Of a stretch of DNA of 64,000 bases, positions 62,753-64,000 are shown piece by piece; the stretch's first letter is position 1; each line of letters begins with the position of its first letter. The notes beneath the pieces are model-generated. The model saw only the letters and a list, made by a program, of their open reading frames with translations, was not told the origin of the DNA and ran no database searches. Made by a program: the position numbers and the translations under genes. Origin of the DNA: Heterodontus francisci (Eukaryota); assembly GCF_036365525.1 (NCBI RefSeq), contig NC_090373.1, positions 64,238,441-64,302,440 of the forward strand, in the 5' to 3' direction.

Positions 62753-64000
62753 GTGTTTTTTAAAATGTTTTTATTCCTTGGTTACTTGGAGTATGCTACA
62801 CTGAGGAGAAATGTGTTTGCTTGTATATATAAAAAAAATTTATGTAATACCTAAACAGATTCATGTTGGCCTGAGGCATTTTATTGAATCTCTCATATAG
62901 ATTTACACTGAGTAAAGAGGTATGAAGGTAAATTTGTTTTTCATTTTGTGTATATTCACCACTGTGAAGAAATTGGGATTGATATGAATGTAAATAGACC
63001 AGTGACATTTGCCCAATGTATCAAGTCTTGGCCAGTGGCTGGATCTAAAAATGCCTACAGTATTCATTGAAGTGTCAGCATTTTTTCTTCATATTCAGAA
63101 ATATCTTCTGCCTCTGAATCCACACTTCATATAGAGGATATTGCAGTTTATTGCACTGACTGAAATCTTACAGGACTTACTAAAGGTTTCTTTATTTAAA
63201 TGTAAGCAATAAATTTCCTCACAGCTGGCAAAAAAAATCATTATTGAATGTGAACATTAAAGTCCCCTGTGGGTTTCCAAAGATATTATTGTTTCAGTGG
63301 CAGAGCCATGTTGTGTCACTGCATTGAATAAGTGAATGTGGTTGTTACTGTAGTTCACGGCCTATAATTAGATGTGGTTCAAAAGCATAATTGTTACTCA
63401 GTGAGAACCAAACAACGTCACTCAAGTAGTACAAGGGTTTGGTGCTGTGAGTTAGATAGAGTACGCCTACATGCACTGCAGGAGCATGTAATAGCCTAAG
63501 GGAAACGTCAGATTGAATACATTTCTGAAATGCAAGTTGTAATGGAAATTTGCTTCTTATAATAATAAATCATGTCCATCATGGTAGAATGAATTGAGTC
63601 ATTAAGCATATTGGTCTGGATGGGTATTTGGATAATGAGAGAAAAGTTATAAAAGATCAAGCAATAAAATTATAAATAAATCTGTGTGAAACTTTGTGCT
63701 TTTCTCAGCTTTATGTATTATATAATTTTAATCAAATAAAACTAATAAAATAATCTTTACAATCATCAATTTGATCATATTACACAGAAAAACTAGAGCA
63801 GTTAAATACTCTAAGAATTACAGGAGGGGCCAATAATACGAAATTCCCATTGCTGCTGATTTATAACAAAGGTCAGTTTCAGTATAAAGTGGCAAAGTAT
63901 ATTAAAACTCAAGCCACTTTGTCTTCAAAAGTAGTGGGGACAACTACAATTTGCATTTATATAGCACCTTCAATGCAGTAAAACATCCCAAGGTGCTTCA

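Noticed and set aside
1-64000. CRISPR array, rRNA or prokaryotic operon-like system
   Set aside because: No regularly spaced repeat-spacer array or gene-dense organisation; content is eukaryotic transposon-derived.

Overview
Repeat-dense vertebrate genomic DNA, most likely from a shark or other elasmobranch. This is inferred from HE1-type V-SINEs with CR1-derived tails and the abundant CR1-superfamily LINEs. No host protein-coding exon could be supported, so the window reads as gene desert or a large intron. The only intact gene is a 1063-aa APE-RT ORF of an RTE-clade LINE (minus strand) within a 4.73-kb unit bounded by an 11-bp TSD, with a ~1.5-kb 5' region. The rest is nested transposon debris: two CR1-superfamily LINE families, old L1 and L2 relics, two Gypsy-type elements and several solo LTRs, PIF/Harbinger transposase and Myb/SANT genes with many GC-rich MITEs (3-bp TSDs), a split CGGBP1-type hAT transposase, a Penelope-type inverted repeat with a decayed hammerhead core, and an LTR element 3' end with an env/fusion-glycoprotein-like remnant. 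All family assignments come from motif recognition by eye, not database searches. Boundaries without a stated TSD or TIR are approximate.
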